In this document: positions 12,308 to 24,729 of the stretch, piece after piece
How the letters are laid out: each line of letters opens with the position of its first letter
Position numbering within the stretch: position 1 is the stretch's first letter
Source of the DNA: Selaginella moellendorffii
Lineage: Eukaryota > Plantae > Lycopodiophyta
Assembly (NCBI RefSeq): GCF_000143415.4
Contig: NW_003314283.1
Span: 1,985,312 to 2,049,311 of the forward strand
Length of the DNA stretch: 64,000 bases
Direction of reading: 5' to 3'
Notes under the pieces: model-generated
Database searches by the model: none
Seen by the model: the letters and a program-made list of their open reading frames with translations, nothing else
Told to the model about the DNA's origin: nothing
Program-made: the position numbers and the translations under genes

Positions 12308-14752
12308 ACGGGCTAGATAGAAAGGTGGTACCAAATGCTGGGCAGAATGATGCTCCTAGCTACAACCACTCTCACTGGCAAACCGAGTTTTCGAGGAGCC
12401 CACTACTGGATTGACGTTTGTATCCTTTGGAGCAAGGTGTTATTCTGGAGTGCTGGACTGAACTGGGTACCAACCTGGATCCCTAAGTACCTAGTGTCCT
12501 CTCCTGGTTTGAGCCACTAGAAGCCGATGTCCTGACCCCAAGATTCAATGCCTGGCTGCCCCCAATTTATGCCCATTGATTTGTTCCAGTTAATTGCTGC
12601 ACCAGCCGCGAGGTTGAAAGTCTCCAACGCCTTCTTGGCTGCATCCAGGTTCTCCTTGGTCGAGAGTAGGAACAAGGCTGTGTCATCTGCGAATGCTCCA
12701 TCCAAGAGTTCTTGAGTCACTCTTGTGGTTCGTGGAAGTTGCTGTCTCGCCACCGGTAAGGTAAGTCCTTTGATGCGCCTGCCTTCTACAAGAAACATGC
12801 CCAAGGCCTCAACCACAATCAAAAAAAGATAGGGTGCAAGTGGACACACTTGGCGTACCAAGCGTCCCAGCTGAAAACTCAGTTCCGTCTCACCGTTGAT
12901 CGTGACTCTGCTTGCAGCTCCTCTATACAGTAATGAGGTCCTAGCGACCATCTCTCTTGGGATGCCGATCGTATGCATATACTCCTCTAGGAACCTCTAG
13001 TCCACACAATCGTAGGCCTTCTCGAAGTCCAATAATTACACTACAATTTGTTGGTCAAAGGTCTCTACCCATCTCTAAGCCAGCAGGTACGTCCATATAT
13101 TTTCTGCGATTTGCCACCCTGGAACGAACCATGTTTGCTACTCCCAGATGATCAAGGGCATAATAGCTTGGAGCTTGAGTGTCATTGCTTTGGCATAGAC
13201 CTTGTAGGACGTGTTGAGCATGGTGATTGGCCTCCAATTCCTCAATTTCTACAAGTCCCCCTTCTTTGGGATAAGCGCAATCTAGCCCTCAAGGATCTCG
13301 CTAGGCAAGGCCCCATCATGTTGAGCATCCTGCCATGCTTGCAGTAGCAACAGGCCTATAGTCTCCTAGTGCTCCTCAAAGAAGATGGGCAAGAGGCCAT
13401 CAATACCTGGCTGCTTGTCATTGCTGAGCTTCTCAAGTGCTTCCCAAAGCTCCACTAGTATGAAGTCCATCCTCAGTGAGTCATACCACTCATGAAGGAC
13501 ACGCCAGGGAAGGGACGCAAGCACTTCCACTGCTACCTTCTCTCTTTCTAGAGTCCACCCCTGGGATGTGTATAATGCTTGGTAGAACTCCTGGGCAAGC
13601 CGTTGCATTCCCGATTGATCCTCGATGACCCTCCCATCGCTGTGTTTCAGTCCTAGGATGGGAGGAAAGTCAGTCACTGGCCTGATTCCGTTAAAAAAAG
13701 CCTTGTTGAGAAGGCATTCATTTAAGGCCCATCCATCTTCCATGGCCTAGAGACCCATGGTCCATGCTACGTACTCCAGGTCACATAGCTCAGCTTCCCA
13801 TTCATCTAATACTGCTTGCCACTTGTGCTCATTTTGCATGTTCAGCAACATCCTACGTGCTGCTGCCACCTTCTGCCTGGCTAGTCTTAGGTCCTTCGTC
13901 GCCGCTCCTTTGAGGTCCTTTTGGCATGCTCGGAGCTTCTAGGAGCAAGACAGGAGCACCAAGAAGAAGATTAGCCCCATCTTGTCCTGTGCAAGAGTGT
14001 CATGTATAAGCCCGATTGCCACCGGGTCTTGCATCATTGCTCTTGCGATTGATCATTGGACTGTTGTCCCTTTGTCCCTTTGAAGCTTGATCACACAACG
14101 GAGGGGGTCATGATCTGAGAAAGAGGTGAAACCGAGCCATGTTTTGAGGCTTCCCCCATCCTGCTGTATGCAAGGTGAGGCGTAAATCCAGTCCAGTCTC
14201 GACTAGGAGGTCACTGTCTGCCACCTTGTAAAATGGTGAGCATGAGGTGTGAATCCCACAGCATGTTGGAGGTCCATGATCCTCAGTACATCCACGAGCT
14301 GACTCTACTGCTCCCGCTCATGTAGCTGAATTGTTTCCTGCATTCCCCTACTATCACAGATGTCCTTGACCATGTTTAAGTCTCCTAGGACCAGCCATTC
14401 ATCTACTTGCCCCTGGGCAGACTGCAACATGCTCAGCTAGCTGAGCCTTTCCCAGAACTAGGACAAGGTGGTTTTGTACCTAAGAAGACCATTTGGTTGA
14501 GACCACCACTGCTATGCCACCTCTTGATCTGGCCACCACTTGCACGGCCGGGTTCCACCAGAGCCATCCCCTCATGCCAAAGGTGTAGTTTGGGGCCTCG
14601 GTCATTTTGTGCTCTTGCAGACACAAGATGTTGAGACCTCCTTCCAAGCTGATCTCACGGATGTGGGACTTGAGCTGCACCCTTTTGTTGAGTCGACTGC
14701 TGGTCCAGCTGAGTCCTCGACAGTTCCAAGTGACGATCATGAGTGTTGTCAT
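12308..14752 (-). pseudogene. L1-clade LINE ORF2 (AP endonuclease + reverse transcriptase), disrupted; 3' end cut by the family D LTR
   Basis: IVTWNCRGL...LCLQEH (APE); KQPGIDGL; RQVCPLAPYLF...FADDT...INWNKS (non-LTR RT). Confidence 0.9.
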
Positions 14753-14759
14753 GGAGCCA

Positions 14760-16032
14760 TGTACTTCCAGGAAAGTGAGGTGTTGTAGGATCTGCCCTCC
14801 ACTCTGTAGAGATGGTCCACACCGCAGTCATCTTCCCCCTGTGCTTTGTCCAGAAGAAGCCTCAGATACTGTATTTTGCAAAGCTGGTCCACTCAGTGAT
14901 GGCACTCTCCATGTGTGTCTGGTAGTCACCAATGGTGATGACCTCTGGGAAGGCTGTGTTCCCGTGGTACATCAGCTAGTCTTCTGCCTCTGTGGGACTT
15001 AATTCCGGCTTAGGTGGAATCCACCTGATTGCCATTCCTACTATTTGAGGGAGGACCGGCTGGAAGCCATCCCCTTCAACGTCCGTAAGAGGTCCCTCGA
15101 ACAGTTTGGGCTGTGAGGACGAGCCCAAAAGTGGTGGGGCAACCAGGAAGCGAATGTGGGGAGCTTGGGCTGGAGAACACACCTTCAAGATCTTCTCCTG
15201 CTCTGCAGGTAACTCAAATGGCTTTTGGGAGGCCAGCCTGTTCTGCTTGACTGAGCAGGCCTCCTCCCAGTGTCCAGCACACTGACAAAAGTTGTATTGA
15301 GGTTTTGAGTTCTCTGTTTGGATCCTAATATACTGGCCTAGCACTGCGATCTCTATCAGGATTTCAGTTGGGGTTGACATGAAAACTTTGAGATGGATGG
15401 GACCAAGAACACCCTTTGCTTCTACAGTTTCGAGACCGGCAGCTATCTGGCCAATACTTCCTTCAACCCACTCCTAGATCATCATTGTGATCCGCATTTC
15501 CATGGGAACATCCCACAATGCGATGTTCACTGGAAAGCTCCCACCCTTGAGACATGCCTGATCCTCTGCTGTGAACCTTGGGATCCATGGGTGGAATGAC
15601 ACCACCCAATTCTCATCAAAGGCCATGCATGGCCTCTGCCTGAGACCGTGCCTCCTTTGTCTCAAAGACGACTGTGTAGCAGCCCTACCCGTGTGGCAGC
15701 ATCTTCTTCACAAGGATTCCCTATCCCAACATTGCATTGATCCAGTCGTTGGCCATGTGACTTGTTGGGAACTTCCACCTGAAAACAGCAATTAGTGCCT
15801 TCTTATGGAGTTCCTCTTCTTTCTTTGCTATTGCTCTTTGCATAGTCTCGGCCAGCTTAATAGGGACAGCCTTTCCTCTCCTGTCGTCGTGGACCAAGTC
15901 TCTTCCACCCTCTGCTGCTGCTGCCACCTTGTACACTTCAGCAGGACCAGGTGTTTCCCCATTCATGTTGTGGGAGGCGTTCTTCTTATTAACATCACTG
16001 TTCTCGTCCAAGGAGTGTAGTGCTTCTACCAC
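14760..16032 (-). pseudogene. LINE ORF1 core (DUF4283-like region + zinc knuckle), fragmented
   Basis: Upstream of ORF2; HPWIPRF...LWDVP and FCQCAGHWEEAC motifs typical of plant L1 ORF1. Confidence 0.65.
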
Positions 16033-18300
16033 CTTTTTGCAGCCTGATTCTTCTCCACTCTTGACTGGGTCTTTGCCACTCGCTTAGGTGTGTTGGCCTC
16101 CTGGTGCTGGTTCACCTGTATCTCCATTCTCTTATCAGTGGGGGTGTGCTCCTCCTCAAGAAAGGCTTCAACTGTGTTTGTCTAGGATGGGCCCTCCTTG
16201 GCAAGTCTCAGAGTTTTAAGTTTTTGCCACGTTGCTTGCTTCACTTTCTTCTTCTCACATTTGGTCTTCCTCTTGTTGAAGGCATCATGATCCTGGAACT
16301 GAAGTGAGCCATCTGACTATTCATCTAGTGAGCGCTTCGCCTCTGGCTCTGTTTCTGGCTCTCCAAGTCCCGTATCAACTGTTGGTATTGGCGTAACATC
16401 CACCTTGCCACCTTGATCTTGCGCCCATGCGTCAAAGAGATCTGCTTGCTGTGTGGCCACGGCCTTCGTGATTAATTTCTGAGCTTTGCGCAGTGTAGGT
16501 CCCAACATGAGGTCCTCTCCCAAAGGATTCAGATCCAGCTCTCTGATCATGCACATCAGAGTGGACTAGAGTTCTTTGTGTATTGGAAGCGGAGAACTTT
16601 GGATCTTTTCCTCAAAGTGGCGAGGGTCCCAGACCAACATCTCTGCCTCATCGAGTCTCGGAAGTGGAGAGGGGAGCAACACCTTCTACCTCTCATGAGG
16701 TGCTGTGGGAGAGTCCAGGTCTGATTTCCTCACTTGTTGCAAGTGCGAAGGGTCCACCTGGTGTGCTTCCTCCTGCACTCTTGCATGTACTAGATCAGGG
16801 ATGAGCCCAGCCTCGTCTCCAGGAATCTCTGGGTGGTACGAGGGGTTCTCGCCAGCTGGGCATGAGCTTGACGATTCCTCTGAGCAGGGAGTGTGCCTGC
16901 TACCCAGCCCTTCAAGTCTGGAGGTTCTATGATAGAATTCCAAGAGCTGCTTGACGTGCATCCCACAGTGAATGTTCTCCATGTCTTCCACGTCATTCAG
17001 TAGGTGAGTTAGCTACGAGACTTCCTGTTGGATTCATTGTGTCGACTCATGATGCACATGTTTCGTGAACCTCTCACTATTCTAAAAGACTATACCACTG
17101 CCTGCAAGCTTTGGCAAGAACAAGTGTAGACAGTCTGTGCTATCTCCAACCTGTCTCGAGTTAGTGTGGAGCCTCGCCACTGGGGGCTGTGAGCTGGATC
17201 GGGGCCTCACACTTGAGGAATGAGCTGGTGAAGATGGAAGTGAAGCTCTAGGCTTGGTCGTCAGCTCCGACAAGCATCTATGGGCAAACTTCAGTGTCTG
17301 GAGTGGCTGTTCCTTGTTCAGCCTTGGGGCCACGGCTGAACGGTTTGTTTCCCTAGAGAACTCCTGGCTTGGTTGTGTCTTTGAGTGACGGATTGTGAAC
17401 TCATCTTCTAGTGAGGCCTCCATGTTGATTCTGTAGGACAGAAGTGCATCCACACTAGGGCCTTGTTCCTCTCTGTTTTTGGTCGTTCTGGGTGGGGTAG
17501 ACTTGAGTTCTCCTGTCCCACACCCTAGCTCTGCTGCTGTTGCACTTGCTGCTGCTCTGCTAGTGACTCCTGACCTGACCCTGGTGCGCTGCTCTTGCAC
17601 TTCTGTGAGACATTCATCCCTATGAACCCCCTCAGCTGCAAAAGTGCTTGGGATGATTCCCCGCAAGCCTTTTTGACTTGTGACTGGCTTGAGACTCTCA
17701 CGAAGCTCCTGCACTCCAGCCAGTGACCATGCAAGTGGGTGAGGGGAGGTAGCTTCGTCCTCTTCTCCACTCTTAGTGGACACTTCGCCTCTGGCATGGC
17801 TTACACTTCCGACTTTTTCCAGGACTTGGCCATCTCCCAACCTAGAAACATCCACCACTTCTATCTCATGGTTCTCATCCTGTTGGGCTGCTGCTTTTCG
17901 TGGTTCACTTGCTGCCTTTTGCAGCAGTGTTCTGGCCATTGATATAGAGGGCCCTTTCCCGTCCTGGCTTGCTGCTGTGTGTGCTCCAAGACCTCGACCT
18001 TGTAACAGTCTTCCTCATGGGAGCTGAATGTTGAGGCCCCTACCTCACACTCCATGACCTTGGGAGCTATGATTGATGGGCGTGGATGCTGTGACTCCCT
18101 TGCTGACACAAGAGTGAGTACACAGCACCAGCAAAAAAAGGGGAATGATGCTTCCACGGCGGATGCCCCCGTTGACGGTAGCAAGTGTGGGGAGATTGCA
18201 CGCTCTCCCCTAAGCTCTCTTCTACCTCTGGCTGCGCCTCCGATCACGGAAGCCATGGTATGGGTGCCTTCCACCACTGCCTCCCCAAAAATCGTCCAAC
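16033..18300 (-). other. Extended low-complexity coding-like region 5' of LINE ORF1
   Basis: Same-strand ORFs (17082..17939, 16317..16556) with disordered composition and no recognisable domain. Confidence 0.35.
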
Positions 18301-18453
18301 ATTAGGGTTCACCGCCAGATATGTGCTGCAATTCAGCAAGATTGCTGAACGTGTATGTACATTCCCCATGTCCCAATGGGACTAATACAAAAACTGGGCA
18401 TGCCGCCCTCTCAATGAGCTACTCTACGTGATCCTCATATGTCACAGCTGGAC

Positions 18454-18985
18454 CTAGTCCTGGAGTAGAAGTGGACGTGGTCGTCTCAAGCATATCATGT
18501 CAATGTCCAAGTCTCCTCCACGAGCTGACCTTAGAACAGAGTCTGGGGGGCGCCACTGCCAACGAATCTCACCACCTCTCAATCTGCCGAAGCATGGGAG
18601 CCACCTGGATCTCCACTCCTTGAGCTGCCTCAGTTTTGCCCACTCTTTGAGGATGGTGTAGTGAAGATGCACCGCTGCAAGAGTGAGTCTCCACCATGCT
18701 GCCACCACTGCTGATATTCTCGCTTGTTGCCCATCAAAGCGACAATGGTTCCGTGCCTCCCAGAGTGCCTGCACTCCTGTTGCCCTCCAAATGGACCAGC
18801 GCTCATGGCCCGTTGCCTCCCAGATGGACATCCCAACTTCAGCCCCTGTCACGTCCCACCGGACTCACATGTTCCATCCATGTCGTCCGTAGCAGCGAAT
18901 ACGTCTCCAAGCTGGATCAATGGCTGGACCTCTAGCTCCCTCAAACCAGTGGAGGATATCCCCACACCGAGCCTCAAACCCTAGA
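18454..18985 (-). pseudogene. C-terminal end of a LINE ORF2
   Basis: WSIWRA...LWEARNHCRF resembles the W..RN...F motif after zf-RVT in plant L1 ORF2. Confidence 0.65.
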
Positions 18986-19148
18986 ATGTCTCTGAGTTCC
19001 TACGTCACCTTGCAATCCAGCAAGATTGCAGCACCACTTTATGCAATCCACATTTTCCGTGTGCCGTTGTCGAGACGGCGAGATTGAGAGCAAGTAGAGG
19101 AGGCAAGGGAATGAATTTTCATTCATTCGTGAGCGAGGGGAGGACAAG

Positions 19149-19207
19149 AGACAACCCTAGACAGGTTTCATCCTTTTTGGGACTCATCAGCTGGGTGTAG
19201 TCGTCTA
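19149..19207 (-). ncRNA. Degenerate type-I hammerhead ribozyme-like motif
   Basis: Minus strand: agacga-ctaca-cccag-CTGATGA-gtcc-caaaaa-ggat-GAAAC-ct-GTC-taggg-ttgtct. Both core boxes flank a stem II. Confidence 0.55.
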
Positions 19208-19278
19208 GCATCTACCCTAACCCTAGTTCGGTGTCAACTCTACTTATATTCTGGCTCTCTTACTTGGCGCGAGTGGTA

Positions 19279-22200
19279 GGTGTCGTAGGCTAAAGGATCC
19301 CCGAAAGCATGACCAAAATGACAAAAAGTTCATTGGATGGGACCAAGTCTGAGATCGAGTCCAAGACCGACTCTGAGACCAAGTTCGAGATAGAGTCCAG
19401 AATTGAGTCCGAGGCCGACTCAGAGACCGAGTTTGAGACGGAGTCCGAGATCCGAGAATTCGGTCCAAGACCGAGTCCGAAGTCGAATCCAAAGTCGAGT
19501 CTAAGATCGGGTCTGAGATCAAGTCCGAGATTTGAGTCCAAAACCGAGTCCGAGTACTAATACGGGTCAAGGGGTGAAAGCCCAAAGCATGTGTCTCTCA
19601 GGGGGGGCTGCAAGGGGTTCCGTATAGTAGAGATAGTGAGGTCCAGGAACCAGTCTTGAAGGAACTCTCCAGTGGTGCTTCCAAACTGACTTAAGGTTGA
19701 GATTGGGGCCGAGAGGCCTTGGGTGGGAGTGAGCATGGACTCGGGTGGTGCCGAAGGGGCCACTCAAGGAAGTGCTCAAGAGCAGCTCCCACTCCCGAAA
19801 GGGAAATCAATTGCGGTGCTCCTAGCTCATGTGGAGTGGTGCCCCACTTGAGTACCTTGTGGCTCATTGGTCCTTGCCCTTTCTAGCGGCTTAGGCTTTC
19901 CCTTCGGGATGGAAGTGGGGGGGTAGAGGTACCCATATTGGGCTGTTAGGCCACGGTGTTTCGCCCTAATATCCCGAAGCCAGTGTTGCACCCAAGACTT
20001 GGGATTTAGAGGGTCCCATGATCAAGTCTTGTGATACCAAGGGATGTTAAGAACATGGAGGCTTGGTGTGCTTGGCTGCTTGTGCTTGCGGGGAGTGTAG
20101 TCGAACCTTAAGTCCAGTCTAACCCGGGGAGGGGGATTGGGAGAGATTTGGGAATCCGTGGATGGATGGCTAACACTCCGTTGCTCGTGCAATGAGTAGC
20201 TGAAACCAAGTAGGACCAAGTAGGAGCTGGTACCATAGGCGGGAACTTTGGCAAGGGAACTTAGCAAAAGCCAAGGCAGTGTTGGACGGGTAGACGAGGT
20301 AAGCTGGCAAATTGGAAAGGAAAAATTTGTGGCTTACAATTTGGTATCAGAGCCTTTTCCTCAGTTCTAGCGAAGGATAGAGGCGGATTGCTAGGAGATG
20401 GCAAAGGCAGGGTGGAAGCGAACCAAGGTGGAGACGGAACCTCCTCCAGAGCTGGAGCCTCCCGTCGAACGAGAGGCTATGGATGAGGAATCCTTGCATG
20501 AGGAGGATTCCAGTGAGGAAACTTCCAAACAGGAGTCCGGTGGCAAGGTTCGGTCTTCCAAGGCTCGATTGGATGTTCTAGAAGGATAGTTGGCACAGAC
20601 CAATGCCTTGCTGGAGACTCTCATACGCAAGCTAAAGCGTGATGAGAAGAGGAAGAAGAAGCGAAAGACTGCGGATGCTGGCAACGCAGAAGGTGCGGAC
20701 CCGTTAGTAGGGACTGAGGCAGAACCAAACAAGGTTGAACAAACTGAAGTGGAATCAGTCCCTCAAGCAGTTCCCAAGTACAAACCAAAGCCCCCACCGG
20801 TCTTCAAGGGAGTGAATGACTATAAGGTGGTGGAAGATTGGTTTAGGGTAGGATACTTGTCATGGACATGGGGGATATGGATGCGTTCCATGCCTTCATA
20901 TCAGGTTTGCAATCATAGGCTCGCGGTGAGGTGATGCGCTAGAACCCAACCAACTACAAGGAAGCGTTGAATGCGGCCATCAAGGTGCATTTCAACAATA
21001 ACTTGCGAAAGGGGAATGCGACGGGGTCGGAGTCCACATTTAGCAAAGGGGCCAAACCAAGGGGAACATATAGCAAAGGGAAATTCAAGAAGAGTTTCTC
21101 TAAGAATGAGTCCGTGGGGTTTCGGAAAGGCAAATCTGGTGGCCAGCGAGTGAGTATGTGGGGGGGTCAAGCAAAAAGAGACAAACCCATGGATAAAAAG
21201 GTCAAATCGTTTAGCAGCGTGGGAAACAACGTATGCTACAACTACGGTGAAGCGGGACACTTTTCGAGGGAATGTCCTTACTCGAAGAAGACTAGAGCCA
21301 ATATGGCCATTAAGTCGGGTGACATCCAAACTGAGGTATGTGACCTAGTCCCTAACTCAAAGTTACTCATTACACGAACAACTTTGGTAGAGAGTCATTC
21401 GCGACATCTACTAGCCCTCTGAGGGAAGCTCGAAGGTAGCTTTGTTAAGATCTTTATTGACACGGGTGCTTCGGATAATTTTGTGGCTGCAGACATAGTC
21501 TGGCAAGCCGGACTAATGGTGTAGCAACTGGGTGAACTAAGGACTATAGAGTTTGTTCAAGGTAGCTAAAGCACCGATGAGGTACTTTGACAAACGAGAG
21601 TCGAAGTAGGGACATGGAAAGTAAACATGGATTTCACCGTGTTGGACATGGCAAGATTTGACGTGATCTTCGGAATGGATTGATTCAATCGGTTCGTGGT
21701 AGCCCTGCATGGACAAGGTAGGAACCTTGTGGTACTAGCGAATGCCCAAGGAAGAAGATCTAGGGTGGAGGCCCAAGATCTAAAGGTAGGGCAATGCAAA
21801 GCCAAAGATTCCTGCCTAAACCTAGTGTCCACGAGAGGACAACTCACTAAAGGAACCAAAGGCAGCCTTTTTGTGCTTACTCTCGGTGAAGAGTGACGAA
21901 AAGACGAGAATGGAAGAAGTACCTTTAGTGATCCAGAGGGTGTTAGACCAATTCCAGGATATCATGCCGGAGGAGCTACCAGCAGGGTTGCTCCCCGCAC
22001 GACCGATAGAACATAAGATTGAGCTAGTCGAGGGTGCTGAGGTAGTGGTTCGTCCCCCCTATTGTTTGAACGAAAAAGAAGTCAAGGAGGTCAAGCGCCA
22101 ACTAGAGGAGTTGGTGGACAAAGGGTATGTTAGGTTGAGCAAGTTGCTGTATGGGGCGCCGGTGTTATTTGTGAAAAAGAAAGATGGATCTATGCACATG

Positions 22201-24728
22201 TGCATAGACTACCGGTTGCTCAACAACTATACAAAGAAAAACAAGTACCCTTTGCCAAGGATTGAAGACCTATTGGGAAAGGCAAAATACTTCTCGAGGA
22301 TTGACCTAAGGTCAGGATACTACCAGATCAGGGTAGCAAAGGAAGATTTCGAGAAGACAACCTGTCAAACAAGGTATGGGAGCTTTGAGTTTTTGGTGAT
22401 GTCCTTCGGGCTATGCAAGGCGCCGGCAACGTTTTTGGCATTGATGAACCACATATTTGTACCCTATCTGGATCATTTTGTGGTCGTCTATATTGACAAC
22501 ATCCTGATCTATACCAAAACGCTAGAGGAGCATGCCGAACATTTGACAAAGGTGTTTGAAAAACTAAGGGAACACCAGCTGTATGCTAAAGAGAGCAAAT
22601 ATGACTTTGCTCAACAAGAGGTAAAGTTTCTCGGGCATATGATGGGCAAGGACGGGCTCAAAGTGGACCCTGAGAAGGTCCAAGCAATCCAAGATTGGGA
22701 GCGACCATCAAATGTATACGAGTTAAGTGCATTCTTGGGGCTATGCAACTACTACCGAAAGTTTATCAAACACTATTTGAGAGTAGCCTTGCCCTTAATG
22801 GACCAAACGGGAAAAGGGAAGATGGTATGGACAGCGGAATGCGAGGCGGCATTTGTCCACCTCAAAGGGAAGTTGAGGAACGCTCTCGTGTTGACATTAC
22901 CAGACTTTGGTAAGGACTTTGAGGTAGAAAAAAATGTTCAAACTTTGCGCTGGGTGCAGTTTTGAAGCAGAACAATCACCGAGTAGCGTTCTTCTCAAAG
23001 AAGTTGGACAAAGCTCAACGGAAATGGCCTGCCCATGAGAAGGAATTGTTTGCGGTGGTCAAGGCGCTCAAGGAGTGGTGACACTACCTTGGGAGACATT
23101 TCAAGGTTTACACGAACAATGTGGCAACGAAACACTTCTTGTCACAGCCCAACCTGAGGGGGAAACAAGGTTGGTGGGCCAATGCTTTGGCTGAGTTTGA
23201 TTGTGAGATTCTGTACAAGCCTAGGAAGAGCAACATCGTGGTGGATGCACTAAGACGAAAAGCGAGCTTGAAGTTGGCAATATCCAGCGCAACAACAACC
23301 TTTTGGGATGATGTGCGGACAGCATATGAGAATGATGATCTAGCACAAAAAGTGTTGCTGCGGAATCTGGAAGCACGGGAAGCTCACTAGAGAGGTGAGC
23401 TTCCAATGGAAGAGAAAACGGGCTATTGGGAATGCAATGGACTTATCTATTACAAGCAAACGAGGGTGTATGTAGTAGAAGGGGAACTAAGGAAGGTAAC
23501 CTTAGAGAAATGTGTTATAACAACTCACCACATTCGAGTATCAGGGTGAGTCCATGGGAATTCATCAATGGGCTAGCTATTGAAGGTCCTGTGGAGCTCG
23601 GTGTGGCCGAGTATCATGGAGAGTTACCTGCAGTGGAGGCATTCATGGCGGAAAGACTCAACATTTGGAATCTAGTGAGGGATTCCTTTGAATGAGCTCA
23701 ACAAAGGCAAACCAAATACGCGAACCAAAAGCGTCAGGATGTAAAGTTCCAAGCTGGGGAGAAGGTGTGGCTGAACACCAAGAACCTCAAGCTACCAAGT
23801 GGGATCAGCTAGAAGTTGACCCAAAGGTAAAAATGCATGTATTTCATAAATGAATTAATCTTGAGTTCCTTAAGCAGGTTCGCGAGGCCTTATGAGATTG
23901 AGGCACGAATCGGTAAAGTGGCTTACCGTCTCCGACTTCCTCAAGAGATGGGGAAGATGCACCCAGTGTTCCACGTGAACTTACTCAAGCCGTACTTTGA
24001 GGATCCGCTTTGCAAGGACCAAGTAAGGCCTTTACCTGAGGTTATCCAATAGGAAGAGGAATACGAAGTCAAGGCTATCCTTAATGCGCGCAAGAGCAAG
24101 CGACAAGGACGCAAGGTAAGAGAGTTCCATATGAAGTGGAAAGGATTTCCACACTGCGAAGCAACATGGGAATCAGAGGAGAATCTAGCGAACGCACAAG
24201 ATCAAGTGGAGGAATTTCTACAAGGCAGAACTCTATGTGCTTAAGGAACCAACTCCCCGAGGTGTCGTAGGCTAAAGGATCCCCGAAAGCATGACCAAAA
24301 TGACAAAGAGTTCATCGGATGGGACCGAGTCTGAGATCGAGTTCAAGACCGACTCTGATACCAAGTTCGAGATAGAGTCCGGAATCGAGTCCAAGGCCAA
24401 CTCAGAGACTGAGTTCGAGACGGAGTCTGAGATCTGAGAATCGAGTCCAAGACCGAGTTCAAAGTCGAGTCCGAAGTCGAGTCCGAGATCGGGTCCGAGA
24501 TCGAGTCCAAGATCGAGTCCGAGACCGAATCCGAAGTGGGTCCGATATCGAGTAGGGATAGTGAAGTCTAGGAACTAGTCTTGAAGGAACTCTCCAGTGG
24601 TGCTTCCAAACTGACTTGAGGTTGAGACTGGGGCCGAGGGGAGTGAGCATGGACTCGGGTGGTGCTGGAGGGGCCACCCAAGGAAGTGCTCAAGAGCAGC
24701 TCCCACTCCCGAAAGGGAAACCGATTGC
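19279..24728 (+). mobile_element. Ty3/gypsy chromovirus (family A), internally deleted
   Basis: 5' LTR ~19279-20338 ending CTTACA; PBS TGGTATCAGAGCC 20342-20354; gag CCHC (CYNYGEAGHFSREC), protease IDTGA, RT 21871-22965, RNase H, partial integrase, chromodomain; partial 3' LTR from ~24240. Confidence 0.92.
20398..24230 (+). pseudogene. gag-pol of family A with C-terminal chromodomain
   Basis: [18 protein letters not shown] (RT); HPVFHVNLLKPY; EYEVKAIL...KWKGFPHCEATWESEENL chromodomain at ~24050-24230. Confidence 0.88.
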
Positions 24729-24729
24729 A

